Below are positions 5,760-15,136 of a stretch of DNA of 31,303 nucleotides, one piece after another. A program made the position numbers and the translations under genes. Numbering within the stretch: position 1 is the first letter of the stretch; each line of letters starts with the position of its first letter. The stretch is from a virus. Its lineage: Duplodnaviria; Caudoviricetes. The notes under the pieces are model-generated. The model ran no database searches and was not told the DNA's origin. It saw only the letters and a program-made list of their open reading frames with translations. The DNA is taken from positions 1-31,303 of the IMG/VR virus record IMGVR_UViG_3300010206_000003; one strand, 5' to 3'.

Positions 5760-7876
5760 AATCAGCTACCCCCGCACGCGAATGGTGGACGGCCGAGGCT
5801 TTGGCGGCGGCTGGACTTCCCGATGTGCCGACGACAAAGCGCAACGTAAATGCAATGGCGGCGCGTCTCGACTGGATGGCGCATCCGACCTATGCCCGCC
5901 GCCGCGCTGGCCGCGGGGGTGGCTGGGAATATCACTGGAAGCTGTTGCCGGTGCGGGCGCAGGCGGCGCTGCTGAAGGCCGCCAGTGCGCCCCATCACGC
6001 CCCGGCGCCGCAGCGGGCGCGGGGCGAGGTCTGGTCCTGGTATGATGGGCTGCCGGAGACGGTGAAAGCGCAGGCGGCGGCGCGGCTGGCGGTGATCCAG
6101 AAGGTCGAAGCGTTGGAAGCCCCGATGGGAAAGGCGCTGGCCGTCGATATGGTGGCGCAAGAGACCGATGTTTCTGCCCGCACGATCTGGAACTGGTTCG
6201 AGATGATCGAGGGCGTCGATCCGGCGGATCGGCTGGCGTATCTGGCTCCGCGCCATCGCGCCGCAGATGCGAAGCGCGAGCGGGCCGATTGCAGTCAAGA
6301 GTTTCTGGATTGGCTCCGGGCGGATTACCTCCGCCTCGAAAAGCCCAGCTTCAAGAGCTGCTACGACCGGGTGGTCGAGTTGTGCAGAGCGCGCGGGCTG
6401 ACGATGCTGACCGAGCGCACGGCCCGGCGCTGGATAGAGGCGAACGTGCCGCGTGTCTCGCTGGTTCTGGCGCGCGAAGGGGAGCGCGGGCTTGCGAAGT
6501 GCTTCCCGCCGCAGATCCGCGATCGCTCGACGCTGACGGCGCTGGAGGCGGTAAACGCCGACTGCCACAAGATCGACGTTTTCGTGCAATGGCCCGGAAT
6601 CGAGCAGCCGGTGCGGCCGCAGATTGCGGCCTTCCAGGATCTCTATTCGAACAAGATGCTGGCCTATCGGGTCGATCTGGACCCGAACAAGGTCGCTGTC
6701 ATGCAGGCCTGGGGGGAGCTGGTCGAGACCTATGGCATCCCGCGCCATTGCCTCTTCGACAACGGGATGGAATTCGCCAACAAGTGGCTGACGGGCGGCA
6801 CGCCGACGCGGTTTCGCTTCAAGGTTCGGCCCGATGACGGTCTGGGCGTGCTGCCGCAGATGGGCGTGCAGATCCACTGGGCGACGCCTGCCCACGGTCA
6901 GGCCAAGCCGATCGAGCGCGGGTTCCGAGATTTCGCGGACCGGGTTGCCAAGCATCCGGCATTCGCCGGGGCCTATGTCGGGAACAACCCGCTGGCCAAG
7001 CCGGAGAACTATGCGAGCCGCGCGATTCCGCTCGCTGATTTTCTGGCTGTCCTCGATCAGGAAGTGGCCAAGCACAACGCCCGGCCCGGCCGCCTGACCG
7101 CCAACGCCAAGGGTCGCAGCTTCGACGAAACCTTTGCGGAGAGCTACGCGACGGCGCCGATCCGGAAGGCGACACCGGAGCAGCACCGGCTGTGGCTGAT
7201 GGGTCAGGAGAAGCGGAAGCTGCACCGCACCCATGGTGTGCTGACGCTGTTCAAGAACGGCTATTGGGCCGACTGGATGAACGAATTTGCAGGTGAGAAT
7301 GTTCTTTCCAGGTTCAACCCGGAAGACCTGCACGAAGGGCTCTACATCTACTCGCTCGCAGGGGAATTTCTGGGCTTCGCCGAGTGCCGCGAGAAAACCG
7401 GCTTCTTCGACCTTGTTGGCGCGAAGCTGCACGCCAAGGCGGATCGCGCGCGCAAGCGGGCGGAGAAAGAGCTGCTCAAGGCACAGCTGCCGGTGTCTCT
7501 CGATACCTATGCGGCCGAGCTGGCCAGCCTGCCGCAACCGGAAACGCCGCTGATCGAGGCCAAGGTGGTCGAGATGATGCCGGTGCGGCACCGGACACCG
7601 GTGATCGAGCGCAGCCTGCCGGTTCCTGACGCCTCGATCGAGGAACGGCTGACGGTGTTCCACGCCGATTTCAGCCAAAAGCGTTTGCCTGCCAAGGGAG
7701 AGGAAGAGAGCGCCGCCGATCGGTTTTGGCGGGCGCTCGACATCGAGCGGCGGTCCGAGGCCGGAGAGCCGGTGACCGAGGAAGAAGCGGAGTTCTACGG
7801 GCGCATGCAGCGCCTGCCGGAATACCGGGCGCAGCGGCTTGCCTACAAGGTGAACGGCGCGGCGGCGATCGGTTGA
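5756..7876 (+). CDS. muA: Mu-type DDE transposase (MuA-like), 706 aa
   Basis: N-terminal Mu DNA-binding domain (WWTAEAL..GLPDVP...GRGGGWEY); catalytic D (NADCH), D (FDNG) and E (KPIERGF). Confidence 0.95.
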   Translation: MKSATPAREWWTAEALAAAGLPDVPTTKRNVNAMAARLDWMAHPTYARRRAGRGGGWEYHWKLLPVRAQAALLKAASAPHHAPAPQRARGEVWSWYDGLPETVKAQAAARLAVIQKVEALEAPMGKALAVDMVAQETDVSARTIWNWFEMIEGVDPADRLAYLAPRHRAADAKRERADCSQEFLDWLRADYLRLEKPSFKSCYDRVVELCRARGLTMLTERTARRWIEANVPRVSLVLAREGERGLAKCFPPQIRDRSTLTALEAVNADCHKIDVFVQWPGIEQPVRPQIAAFQDLYSNKMLAYRVDLDPNKVAVMQAWGELVETYGIPRHCLFDNGMEFANKWLTGGTPTRFRFKVRPDDGLGVLPQMGVQIHWATPAHGQAKPIERGFRDFADRVAKHPAFAGAYVGNNPLAKPENYASRAIPLADFLAVLDQEVAKHNARPGRLTANAKGRSFDETFAESYATAPIRKATPEQHRLWLMGQEKRKLHRTHGVLTLFKNGYWADWMNEFAGENVLSRFNPEDLHEGLYIYSLAGEFLGFAECREKTGFFDLVGAKLHAKADRARKRAEKELLKAQLPVSLDTYAAELASLPQPETPLIEAKVVEMMPVRHRTPVIERSLPVPDASIEERLTVFHADFSQKRLPAKGEEESAADRFWRALDIERRSEAGEPVTEEEAEFYGRMQRLPEYRAQRLAYKVNGAAAIG

Positions 7877-7937
7877 AACGAAGACCGCCGGGGGCGTGCA
7901 GGCCCCACGGCGGCATGACGAGAGTGAAGGAGATACT

Positions 7938-8690
7938 ATGCTGGACGAGGCGGAAATCAAGATGACAGGCACAGCCACCGTGGCCCCGCTGCGCAACGTG
8001 ACGCTGCTAAATGCGCTCATTCAGCGCGTGCAGAGCCGCGACGAAGACCTGCCTGGGCTGGCCTGTTTCTATGGGCCGAGCGGTTACGGGAAGACCAAGG
8101 CGGCTGTCTGGAACGCGCAGCACTATGGCTGCTACTGGGTCGAGCTGAAATCGACCTGGACCGTCAAGAAGATGATGTCCGCGATCATCACCAACATGCG
8201 GATGACCCCCACGGGGACGGTCAGCGACATGGTCGATCAGGCGGCGGAAGAGCTCTCGAAATCCGGCCGACCGCTGTTGATCGATGAAGCCGACCTGCTG
8301 GCGCGGGACAGCTTCATCAAGGCGGTCAGGGACATCTACGAAAGCTCGCAGGGCACGATCATCCTGATCGGAGAGGAACCCCTGCCGCAGACGCTGCGGC
8401 GCTGGGAGCGCGTGCATAACCGGATGCTCGACTGGGTACAGGCGCAACCGGCAGACCTGCGCGAAGTGGGCTTGCTGGCCGCGTTGAAATGCCCCGGTCT
8501 TACCGTTGCGCCCGAGGTGCAGCAGCTGGTGCTGGAGAAAAGCCACGCCCGCGCCCGGCGCATCGTGGTGAACCTTAGGCAGGTGTCCGAATATGCGCTG
8601 ACGACCGGCCGCAAGGAGATCACCGTCGAGGACGCGGCGAAGATCAACTTCTTCACCGGCGATGCCCCCGCGCCGCGGAGGATCGTGTGA
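7938..8690 (+). CDS. muB: MuB-like AAA+ transposition ATPase
   Basis: Walker A GPSGYGKT, Walker B LLIDEAD; follows the transposase; SD AAGGAGA. Confidence 0.92.
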   Translation: MLDEAEIKMTGTATVAPLRNVTLLNALIQRVQSRDEDLPGLACFYGPSGYGKTKAAVWNAQHYGCYWVELKSTWTVKKMMSAIITNMRMTPTGTVSDMVDQAAEELSKSGRPLLIDEADLLARDSFIKAVRDIYESSQGTIILIGEEPLPQTLRRWERVHNRMLDWVQAQPADLREVGLLAALKCPGLTVAPEVQQLVLEKSHARARRIVVNLRQVSEYALTTGRKEITVEDAAKINFFTGDAPAPRRIV

Positions 8691-9277
8691 TGGCCATGAA
8701 GAAAGCAACTTGCCGTCTGCCTGTGCATCAGGAAGCCGACGGGCGGCAAGCAATGTGGCAGGCGATCAAAACCATGCCGCAACAGATCACAGTGCGGGCT
8801 ATCGTCGAGATGACGGGGCTGAACCGATCGTCGATCCTTCGCTACCTGAAGGCTCTGACCGCTGCTGGACACTTGGCATCGAAGGAAGTCGAATTCGGTT
8901 TTCCTGGCCTTTGGGAACTGGTGAAAGACACCGGATTTCATGCGCCGCGTGTCCGCGAGGACGGCAGCAAGGTCACCCAGGGCGAGGTCTATGAACAGCT
9001 GTGGCGCGGCATGTATATGCTGAAGAGCTTCAGCGCCCGCGACCTGATCGAACATTCGAGCATCACGATTTCCGAGGCGACGGCGCGCGATTACCTGAAG
9101 CGGCTCCTGGCGGCGGGCTATCTGCGCGTCGAGCGCAAGGCGGATCCGCACAAGGCGTTGCTCGCCAGCTATCGGCTGATCCGCAACAAGGGCCCGCGGG
9201 CGCCACAGGTGCAGCGGGTGCAGCAGATCTACGATCCGAATTCGCGAGAGGTCTTTGCGCTTGGCGGTGGCAAATGA
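8690..9277 (+). CDS. Tandem winged-helix phage protein
   Basis: Two wHTH-like repeats (SILRYLKALTAAGHL; TARDYLKRLLAAGYL); typical position after MuB. Confidence 0.8.
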   Translation: MAMKKATCRLPVHQEADGRQAMWQAIKTMPQQITVRAIVEMTGLNRSSILRYLKALTAAGHLASKEVEFGFPGLWELVKDTGFHAPRVREDGSKVTQGEVYEQLWRGMYMLKSFSARDLIEHSSITISEATARDYLKRLLAAGYLRVERKADPHKALLASYRLIRNKGPRAPQVQRVQQIYDPNSREVFALGGGK

Positions 9278-9645
9278 ATGGCCCCGTCGAAACCGCCCGG
9301 GAACACTGGGGCGCGGATATGCCGGACTGGGTTGCCTTGCTGGCTGCCCAGTGCGCGGAATCGAGCCAGAACAAGGTGGCTAAGCGGATGAACCGCTCGG
9401 CTGCGCTGGTGTCGGCAGTTTTGCGCAACCGCTACGAGGGCGACATGGGCGCTGTTGAAGAGGTCGTGCGCGGCGTCTTCGAACTGGCCACCGTGGCTTG
9501 TCCCGCTCAGGGCGAATTGCAGACCAACATCTGTCGCGACTGGCAGCTCTTGGCGCGGAAGTTCTCGAATGAAAACAGCGAGCGCTCGCGGATGTATCGC
9601 GCCTGCAATCGCTGCCCGCGCTATCGCGCCGAGGGCACGAAATGA
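9274..9645 (+). CDS. HTH regulator with C-terminal Cys cluster
   Basis: SQNKVAKRMNRSAALVSAVLRNRYEGD HTH; CP...C...ACNRCP; ATGA overlap. Confidence 0.8.
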   Translation: MNGPVETAREHWGADMPDWVALLAAQCAESSQNKVAKRMNRSAALVSAVLRNRYEGDMGAVEEVVRGVFELATVACPAQGELQTNICRDWQLLARKFSNENSERSRMYRACNRCPRYRAEGTK

Positions 9646-10124
9646 ACGAGCACATCGTCCTGCGCGCAGTCTGCGCCTTTCACAAGATCGCCCCCGCCGC
9701 GCTGCTGGAGCGCACGAAGGTGACCTCGATCGTCTGGCTTCGGCACGAGCTGATCTATCTGCTGCGCTCGCTGACCAATCTGGGCTGGATACAGATCGGC
9801 AAGTTCGTGGGCGGGCGTGATCAGGCGACCGTCAAGAACTCGGTCGAGCAGGTGACAGAGCGCATCCTGAGTGATGCCGCCTATGGGACGCATATTGAGA
9901 ACCTGTCGCGGTTCGTCCAACAGAGCGCCGAGGCCAGCCCGGAGCCTGCCCTTGCGCTGGCACGGCGGATGATCGGCACCGATGCGCTGGCCCGCGAGGA
10001 TGCCGAACGGGCGGGCATGTGCTTGCTCACCGCCGCCTCGATCCTGGGCAACTCGGACCTGTCAGATGCCGAGGCCCGGCAAGCGGCGCTGGTCGTGCTG
10101 GGGAGCCTCGCCAATGTCGCGTGA
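9642..10124 (+). CDS. Protein with a DnaA domain IV-like HTH
   Basis: RHELIYLLRSLTNLGWIQIGKFVGGRDQATV resembles the DnaA C-terminal motif around IG..FGGRDHTTV. Confidence 0.78.
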   Translation: MNEHIVLRAVCAFHKIAPAALLERTKVTSIVWLRHELIYLLRSLTNLGWIQIGKFVGGRDQATVKNSVEQVTERILSDAAYGTHIENLSRFVQQSAEASPEPALALARRMIGTDALAREDAERAGMCLLTAASILGNSDLSDAEARQAALVVLGSLANVA

Positions 10125-10335
10125 TCCCGCCCCGATGGCTGACCGCCAGATGATCGAGCTGGCCGCCCGCGCCGTCGGGCGCATCGACCGCGACGGGCTG
10201 CGCGGCGTGACGCTGGTCTCGACCGAAGAGATCTGGGCCATGGCGCTGACGCTCGTGCGCCTTGGCCTTGTGGCCGTGCAGCCCGGGGCAAAGGCCCCGG
10301 ATGTGCTGATCGTGCCGCCCCCGACCAATCCCTGA
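10114..10335 (+). CDS. Hypothetical protein, 73 aa
   Basis: MSRDPAPMADRQ...; SD GGGAG; operon position. Confidence 0.65.
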   Translation: MSRDPAPMADRQMIELAARAVGRIDRDGLRGVTLVSTEEIWAMALTLVRLGLVAVQPGAKAPDVLIVPPPTNP

Positions 10336-10350
10336 ACCAAGGAGAGCAAG

Positions 10351-10968
10351 ATGGAAGACCGCATGTGGATCAATTCCGAGGGGCACCATGTCCCCGATGG
10401 TCTGGTCAGTGACGCCGACAAGATGAAGGACGAGCTGGTGCGCCGCCTGCACGCCAAGTCCGACGGCGTTCGGGATCTGATGACCGCTCTGAAGGCCGAG
10501 TGCTTTGCCGAAATGCAGACGGCGCGCGAGCTGCTGTTCGAAAAGTATGGCGCCAAGATCGGCGGGGCCAAGGGCAACTTCAGCCTGACCAGCTTCGACG
10601 GTAAGCTGTCGATCGAGATCAAGGTCACTGATCGGATCAGCTTCGGCGCAGAACTGCAGGCGGCGAAGGCGCTGATCGACGAATTCATCGAACTGAACGC
10701 CGCCGATGCCAACGACAATATCCGCGCCCTGGTCGAGCATGCGTTCCAGGTGAACAAGGCCGGGCGGCTCGACACCGGCCGTATCCTTGGCCTGCGCAAG
10801 CTGCAGATGAAGGACCGAGACGGCAATCCGGACGCGAAATGGGCAGCCGCGATGCAGGCGATTTCCGACGCGGTGCAGGTGCATGGGTCGGCCACCTATC
10901 TGCTGTTCAAGGAGCAGGACGCGCGCGGCGCGCTGGTCACCAAGACGCTCGATTTCGCGGCGCTGTAG
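10351..10968 (+). CDS. DUF3164-family Mu-like early protein
   Basis: GGAKGNFSLTSFDG, ISFGAELQAAKALIDE, AFQVNKAG and W..AM.AI.DA motifs; SD AAGGAG. Confidence 0.85.
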   Translation: MEDRMWINSEGHHVPDGLVSDADKMKDELVRRLHAKSDGVRDLMTALKAECFAEMQTARELLFEKYGAKIGGAKGNFSLTSFDGKLSIEIKVTDRISFGAELQAAKALIDEFIELNAADANDNIRALVEHAFQVNKAGRLDTGRILGLRKLQMKDRDGNPDAKWAAAMQAISDAVQVHGSATYLLFKEQDARGALVTKTLDFAAL

Positions 10969-11057
10969 GGGGCGGTAGTGGGCCGACACTGGGCAAGCAG
11001 TAAGCGAATGGCTGAGCGTACCGGCCGCACCGATAAACTGGTGCGACCGGTGGCGCG

Positions 11058-11288
11058 TCACTTCACGCGCTCCCAATCTGAGCACGGAAGTCTGCGCCAA
11101 ATCTGCATTTTCCCGCCCTCAGTCCAATCTACGGTCGCAACCACTTGGCCGCCTGGCCGCATCTCCTCGAAGCTAGGACAGGCTTTCTGGAGCGCCTCCT
11201 CTTTGGAGGCGGCGCGAACCTCAAAGTTCTGCGGTAGAGGGCCGGAATATTGCGTCTCCGGCGAAACGGTAACTCTGAAATCGATCAC
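11058..11288 (-). CDS. Hypothetical accessory protein on the opposite strand, 76 aa
   Basis: GTG start with SD AAGGAG; hairpin at 11020-11051 just downstream; atypical codon usage. Confidence 0.6.
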   Translation of the reverse strand: MIDFRVTVSPETQYSGPLPQNFEVRAASKEEALQKACPSFEEMRPGGQVVATVDWTEGGKMQIWRRLPCSDWERVK

Positions 11289-11468
11289 GTCGACAACTCC
11301 TTTCGTTCATCGGCGGCTTGATTGCGCGTCGATCGAATCAGAACCTAGAGCGAGAAGGTTGCCAGCATCGAACGCTGCATCTGGTTTTCAGTGGTGCGGC
11401 CAGATCATCTTCGACCCTGCACACGCTAGAGACCCGCGCATTGCTCACAATACGTGGAGGTTTCCCGG

Positions 11469-11831
11469 ATGACCGAGAAATGGCGCTGCCGGTTATTCTG
11501 GGGAAATCCCTATACCTCGCCGCCGCACGGCATGCCTCGCATTGCCATGTCCGTTTTGTGCGACCGGCCCCACCCGATCCCGGACGAGGTCCTGCAGATG
11601 TCAGGACCGGGCACGGAATACGGCCCTGGCAGCGGCTGGACCATCCGCTGGGAAATGATCGAGCAGCGCCCCGTCCGCCGGTGGAGCCAGGAGGCGCGGG
11701 CCAAGGTCCGCAAGAGCAACCTTCGCAAGCGCATGGAGAAGAAGTTCCCCCTGTTTGCCGAGGATTTCATCGCGGCCGAGATCGCGCGCCGCCCCAGCTA
11801 TTTCGAGGGTTCCTATGACATCCGCCCTTAA
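11469..11831 (+). CDS. Conserved phage hypothetical protein, 120 aa
   Basis: SD TGGAGG; RRWSQEARAKVR..NLRKRMEKKFPLFA motif recognised from phage proteins. Confidence 0.75.
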   Translation: MTEKWRCRLFWGNPYTSPPHGMPRIAMSVLCDRPHPIPDEVLQMSGPGTEYGPGSGWTIRWEMIEQRPVRRWSQEARAKVRKSNLRKRMEKKFPLFAEDFIAAEIARRPSYFEGSYDIRP

Positions 11832-12288
11832 TCTTCAGCGCATGATCCATGTCGGCTGCAAGCAGCTCGGGTTGGACGAGGACACGCGGCACGATCTGCA
11901 GCTGGTTGCCACCGGCAAGGCCAGCATGGCCGAGATGACCGAGGCGGATCTTGTCCGCGTCGTCGACGCCCTGAAGGCGCGCGGGTTCAAACCCTTCGGC
12001 AAGGCCGCTTTCAAGGGCGGTAAAAGCGGCGTGAAGGGGGCCGTGAAACCGGCCGCAGCGCGGGCCGATCTGCGCTTCGTGCATGTGCTGTGGAAGAAGC
12101 TTGGCGAGGCTGGGGCAGCGAAGAAGCCGGGCCGTGACGGGCTGAACGCCTTCATCCGGTCGCGGTTCGAGGGCAAGTGGCAGTCGGTGCCGATCGATGT
12201 CGATGCGCTGCGCGACGCCGGGCAGATCAATGACGTGATCCGGGCGCTGAAGGACATGTGCAAGCGCGCCGGGGTGGTGGTGAAATGA
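11815..12288 (+). CDS. gemA: GemA (Mu gp16 / DUF1018) family protein
   Basis: IHVGCKQLGLDEDTR...TGKASMAEMTEADL..V...LKARGF signature. Confidence 0.88.
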   Translation: MTSALNLQRMIHVGCKQLGLDEDTRHDLQLVATGKASMAEMTEADLVRVVDALKARGFKPFGKAAFKGGKSGVKGAVKPAAARADLRFVHVLWKKLGEAGAAKKPGRDGLNAFIRSRFEGKWQSVPIDVDALRDAGQINDVIRALKDMCKRAGVVVK

Positions 12289-12860
12289 CCATGCTGCACA
12301 CCTTCCACGCGCTGCGGCCGGTGGGCGGGTTCGACCTGATCATGGCCGATCCGCCCTGGCACTACGAAATGCGCAGCGAAAAGGGCGAAGAGAAGAGCCC
12401 GCAAGCACATTACCGCACGATGTCGATCGATGCCATCAAGGCGCTGCCGGTTGAAGCGCTGGCCGCGCGCGATTGCCTGCTGTGGCTCTGGGCGGTTGGT
12501 CCGATGCTGCCAGAGGCGCTGGAGGTGATCACCGCCTGGGGCTTCACGTTCAAGACTCAGGGCGAGTGGGCGAAGCTGACGAAGAACGGAAAGCAGACGT
12601 TTGGCACGGGATACATCCTGCGCAATAGCGGCGAACCTTTCCTCGTTGCCACGCGCGGTGCCCCCAAGACCACGAAGGCCGTGCGCAGCGTGATCTTTGG
12701 CGTGGCGCGCGAACACAGCCGCAAGCCGATCGAGGCCTTCGCCGCCGCCGAAAAGCTGATGCCGCATGCCCAGAGGCTCGAGCTTTTCAGCCGAGAGGTC
12801 CGCCCGGGCTGGACCAGCTGGGGCGATGAGGTGGGCAAGTTCGAGGGGGCCGTGGCGTGA
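12285..12860 (+). CDS. MT-A70 family adenine methyltransferase
   Basis: FDLIMADPPW, LWLW, WGFTFK, GTGYILR..E, REHSRKP and LELFSR...GW..WG motifs. Confidence 0.92.
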   Translation: MTMLHTFHALRPVGGFDLIMADPPWHYEMRSEKGEEKSPQAHYRTMSIDAIKALPVEALAARDCLLWLWAVGPMLPEALEVITAWGFTFKTQGEWAKLTKNGKQTFGTGYILRNSGEPFLVATRGAPKTTKAVRSVIFGVAREHSRKPIEAFAAAEKLMPHAQRLELFSREVRPGWTSWGDEVGKFEGAVA

Positions 12861-13096
12861 AACTGCGAGTGTCTGATCATGCGGTGCTGCGCTACCTGGA
12901 ACGCCATGGCGGTTTCGAGATCGAGAAGCTGCGCGAGCAGATCGCCACCCGCATTGCACCGTTTGCGGCCACCGGTGCCGAGCATGTCCGCTGCGATGGT
13001 CTGGTCTTCGTGATCCGCGGAGAGCACCCGCAGCGCGTCGTGACAACGGTTGTCGAAGCGGCCCGGTTCCTGCCGAAGGATCCGCGTGATGGCTGA
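12857..13096 (+). CDS. Hypothetical protein, 79 aa
   Basis: VSDHAVLRYLER...VVTTV; GTGA overlap with the upstream stop. Confidence 0.75.
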   Translation: MKLRVSDHAVLRYLERHGGFEIEKLREQIATRIAPFAATGAEHVRCDGLVFVIRGEHPQRVVTTVVEAARFLPKDPRDG

Positions 13097-13481
13097 TCGC
13101 GATGTCCCCGCCACCCCGGCCCATGTCGAGCCCTTCGTGCGTGTCCTGGGCGAGGCCGAGGCCATCCGCTTCCTGCTGACCTTCGGCGGCGCGGAACTCT
13201 ATCTGGCCACCTCGCCCAAGGGGCGCTCGCGCTTGGCCGAGGAATTCGGCGTCGAGCGGGCAGCCGCTATCGCCCGAGCCGCGGAATATCTGCCGCGCCG
13301 GGTGCCGCTGGCAAAGGAATGGATTGCGGCGGTTTGGGCCAATCAGGGTTTGACGGATGCCGAAATTGCCCGCAGATTGCACGTGACCGATGTGACCGTG
13401 CGTGCTTGGCGCGCCAAGGCGCCATCGCGCGGTCGGCGCATCGCCAAGTCCAAAGATCCCCGACAGCTCCCCCTGATCTGA
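13089..13481 (+). CDS. Mor/C-like late transcription activator
   Basis: LG...A..FLLTFGGAELYL dimerisation-like motif plus C-terminal HTH (EIARRLHVTDVTVRAW); last gene before the lysis module. Confidence 0.8.
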   Translation: MADRDVPATPAHVEPFVRVLGEAEAIRFLLTFGGAELYLATSPKGRSRLAEEFGVERAAAIARAAEYLPRRVPLAKEWIAAVWANQGLTDAEIARRLHVTDVTVRAWRAKAPSRGRRIAKSKDPRQLPLI

Positions 13482-13483
13482 CC

Positions 13484-13530
13484 CCCGCAAGGTCTTGCGG
13501 GTGTTTTGACGGCCCCAGCCATCCGATAAC
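13484..13530 (+). promoter_or_regulatory. Late promoter 1 with palindromic activator site
   Basis: CCGCAA-GGTC-TTGCGG at 13485-13500 upstream of the endolysin; near-identical copy at 22386-22401. Confidence 0.72.
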
Positions 13531-13569
13531 GGACATGGGGCGCGTGGCCCCGTTCAGCCGGGGTCAAAC

Positions 13570-14259
13570 ATGCAAACCAGTGAACGTGGCCTGCGGTCGC
13601 TTGAGCTCGAAGAGGGCGTGGTCTTGCGCGCCTATCTTTGCCCGGCAGGTCGCTGGACGATCGGACCCGGTCTGACAGCCGCGTCTGGCGTGATCGTGCC
13701 CCATCCCGGCATGGTGATCACCCTCGAACAATCCCGCGATCTGACTGCGCAGGCGCTGGCCCGCAATTACGAGCCTGCGGTTCATGCCGCCATGCCTGGT
13801 GCCGCCCAGCATGAATTCGATGCCGCTGTGCTGTTCCATTGGAACACAGGCGCGATCCGTCGCGCGTCGTGGGTGCGATCTTGGCTCGGCGATGCGCCGC
13901 GTCCCGTGATCGAGGGGCAGTTCAAGGCCTGGAACAAGGGGGGCGGGAAGGTTCTCCCCGGGCTGGCTGCGCGGCGCGGGCGCGAGGCGCTGATCCTGTT
14001 TGATGGCATCTATCCTGTGCCTGACCTCGGTCCCGCCGCCGAGTTCGATATCCGTTGGGGGCTGCGCCTGACCGACGCCGAAAAGGCGCGTGCGCGGGCT
14101 GCCTTCGTGGCCCTTGGCTACCACGTCGACGGGCCGATGGACTTGCCGGACGCGGAACTGCGCCGGTTTCAAAAGGACAATGGCCTTTCCGCCGATGGCA
14201 TCGCCGGTCGCGCCACCCTTTCCACCTTGCAACGCCTTACCTCTAAAAGGAGCAATTGA
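13570..14259 (+). CDS. Endolysin: GH24 lysozyme plus C-terminal peptidoglycan-binding domain
   Basis: EEGVVLRAYLCPAGRWTIG catalytic motif; GGKVLPGL..RR.RE; RFQKDNGLSADGIAGRATL. Confidence 0.92.
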   Translation: MQTSERGLRSLELEEGVVLRAYLCPAGRWTIGPGLTAASGVIVPHPGMVITLEQSRDLTAQALARNYEPAVHAAMPGAAQHEFDAAVLFHWNTGAIRRASWVRSWLGDAPRPVIEGQFKAWNKGGGKVLPGLAARRGREALILFDGIYPVPDLGPAAEFDIRWGLRLTDAEKARARAAFVALGYHVDGPMDLPDAELRRFQKDNGLSADGIAGRATLSTLQRLTSKRSN

Positions 14260-14771
14260 TGTCTGCCCTGATCTCTCTGGCCGCGTCGGCCGGAATCCCG
14301 ATCGTTGAAAAGATCCTGACGAACCGCGTCGGTGATACCGCCGGTGCGCTCGCTGGCGATGTGCTGGGCGCGATCGCAACGCAGGTTGGTGTCGGCGTCG
14401 AGGATCTCGATCAGGCGGCAACCGAGAACCCAGCCGCGGTGACGCAGGCGATGCGCAAGGTCGAGGAGCGTGGCCCCGAGATGATTGCGCTTTACGCCAG
14501 GGGGATCGAGCTGCAGATGGCGCAGCTGCAGGCCGAAAAGAGCGAACCGTTGTGGATGCGCGCGTGGCGCCCCGCAGGCATGTATCTGCTGGGGCTCTTC
14601 TGGCTTTGGAACGTGATCATCCTGCACGTCATCAACGCCGTCGGAAAAAATGATCTTCTCCCGCAAATGCCCTTCGAGCAGCTTGTGCAGATCTCGGGCC
14701 TCTACATGGGGCTCTACATGGGCGGGCACACCATCAAGGACGCCGTCTCGCAGTGGGCGGGGTCGAAGTGA
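14259..14771 (+). CDS. Probable holin (3TM / GTA-type)
   Basis: WRPAGMY plus C-terminal TM segments; directly after the endolysin. Confidence 0.75.
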   Translation: MSALISLAASAGIPIVEKILTNRVGDTAGALAGDVLGAIATQVGVGVEDLDQAATENPAAVTQAMRKVEERGPEMIALYARGIELQMAQLQAEKSEPLWMRAWRPAGMYLLGLFWLWNVIILHVINAVGKNDLLPQMPFEQLVQISGLYMGLYMGGHTIKDAVSQWAGSK

Positions 14772-15136
14772 TGGAGGGGCAGCTGCTCAACATCAGTCCC
14801 GCCGTCGTCTGGGTCGTCGCGCTCGGCCAGCTGCTCACCTTCGGCTTGACCGTCTGGAACTTGCTCGCCTCCGGAAGCCGGGCCAATGCCGCGAAAATCG
14901 CCGAGCAGGGTCTCGTGCTCGATGCGCACAACCTGCGCATCACGGGCCTCGAAAACAGTCATCGCCAGCTGCCGTCGAACAAAGACCTGCACGATCTCGA
15001 AATCACGATGGAGCAGCTCAAGGGCGAGATGAAGGCCATGACAGCGGCGATGGCCGGTCAGGCCGGGATCATGGAGCGCCTCGAACAGATCGTCGCGCGC
15101 CATGAGCAGCACCTTCTGGATGGGGGCAAACGATGA
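14771..15136 (+). CDS. DUF2730-like membrane-anchored coiled-coil protein
   Basis: N-terminal TM; LPSNKDLHDLEITMEQLKGEMK; Mu-like position. Confidence 0.75.
   Translation: MEGQLLNISPAVVWVVALGQLLTFGLTVWNLLASGSRANAAKIAEQGLVLDAHNLRITGLENSHRQLPSNKDLHDLEITMEQLKGEMKAMTAAMAGQAGIMERLEQIVARHEQHLLDGGKR

Noticed and set aside
5762-8020. 752-aa minus-strand ORF, and similar long ones at 11835-13490, 16690-18348, 18312-20375 and 22875-24965
   Set aside because: They shadow well-supported plus-strand genes; long antisense frames are expected from GC-rich codon bias and show no recognisable motifs.
10978-11472. 164-aa plus-strand ORF filling the early-operon gap
   Set aside because: No convincing SD and no protein-like motifs; the minus-strand ORF has a better SD and a strand-specific hairpin.
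14259-15136. Spanin (Rz/Rz1) pair
   Set aside because: I found no lipobox-bearing o-spanin ORF by eye; the DUF2730-like protein has an i-spanin-like topology but that alone is insufficient.
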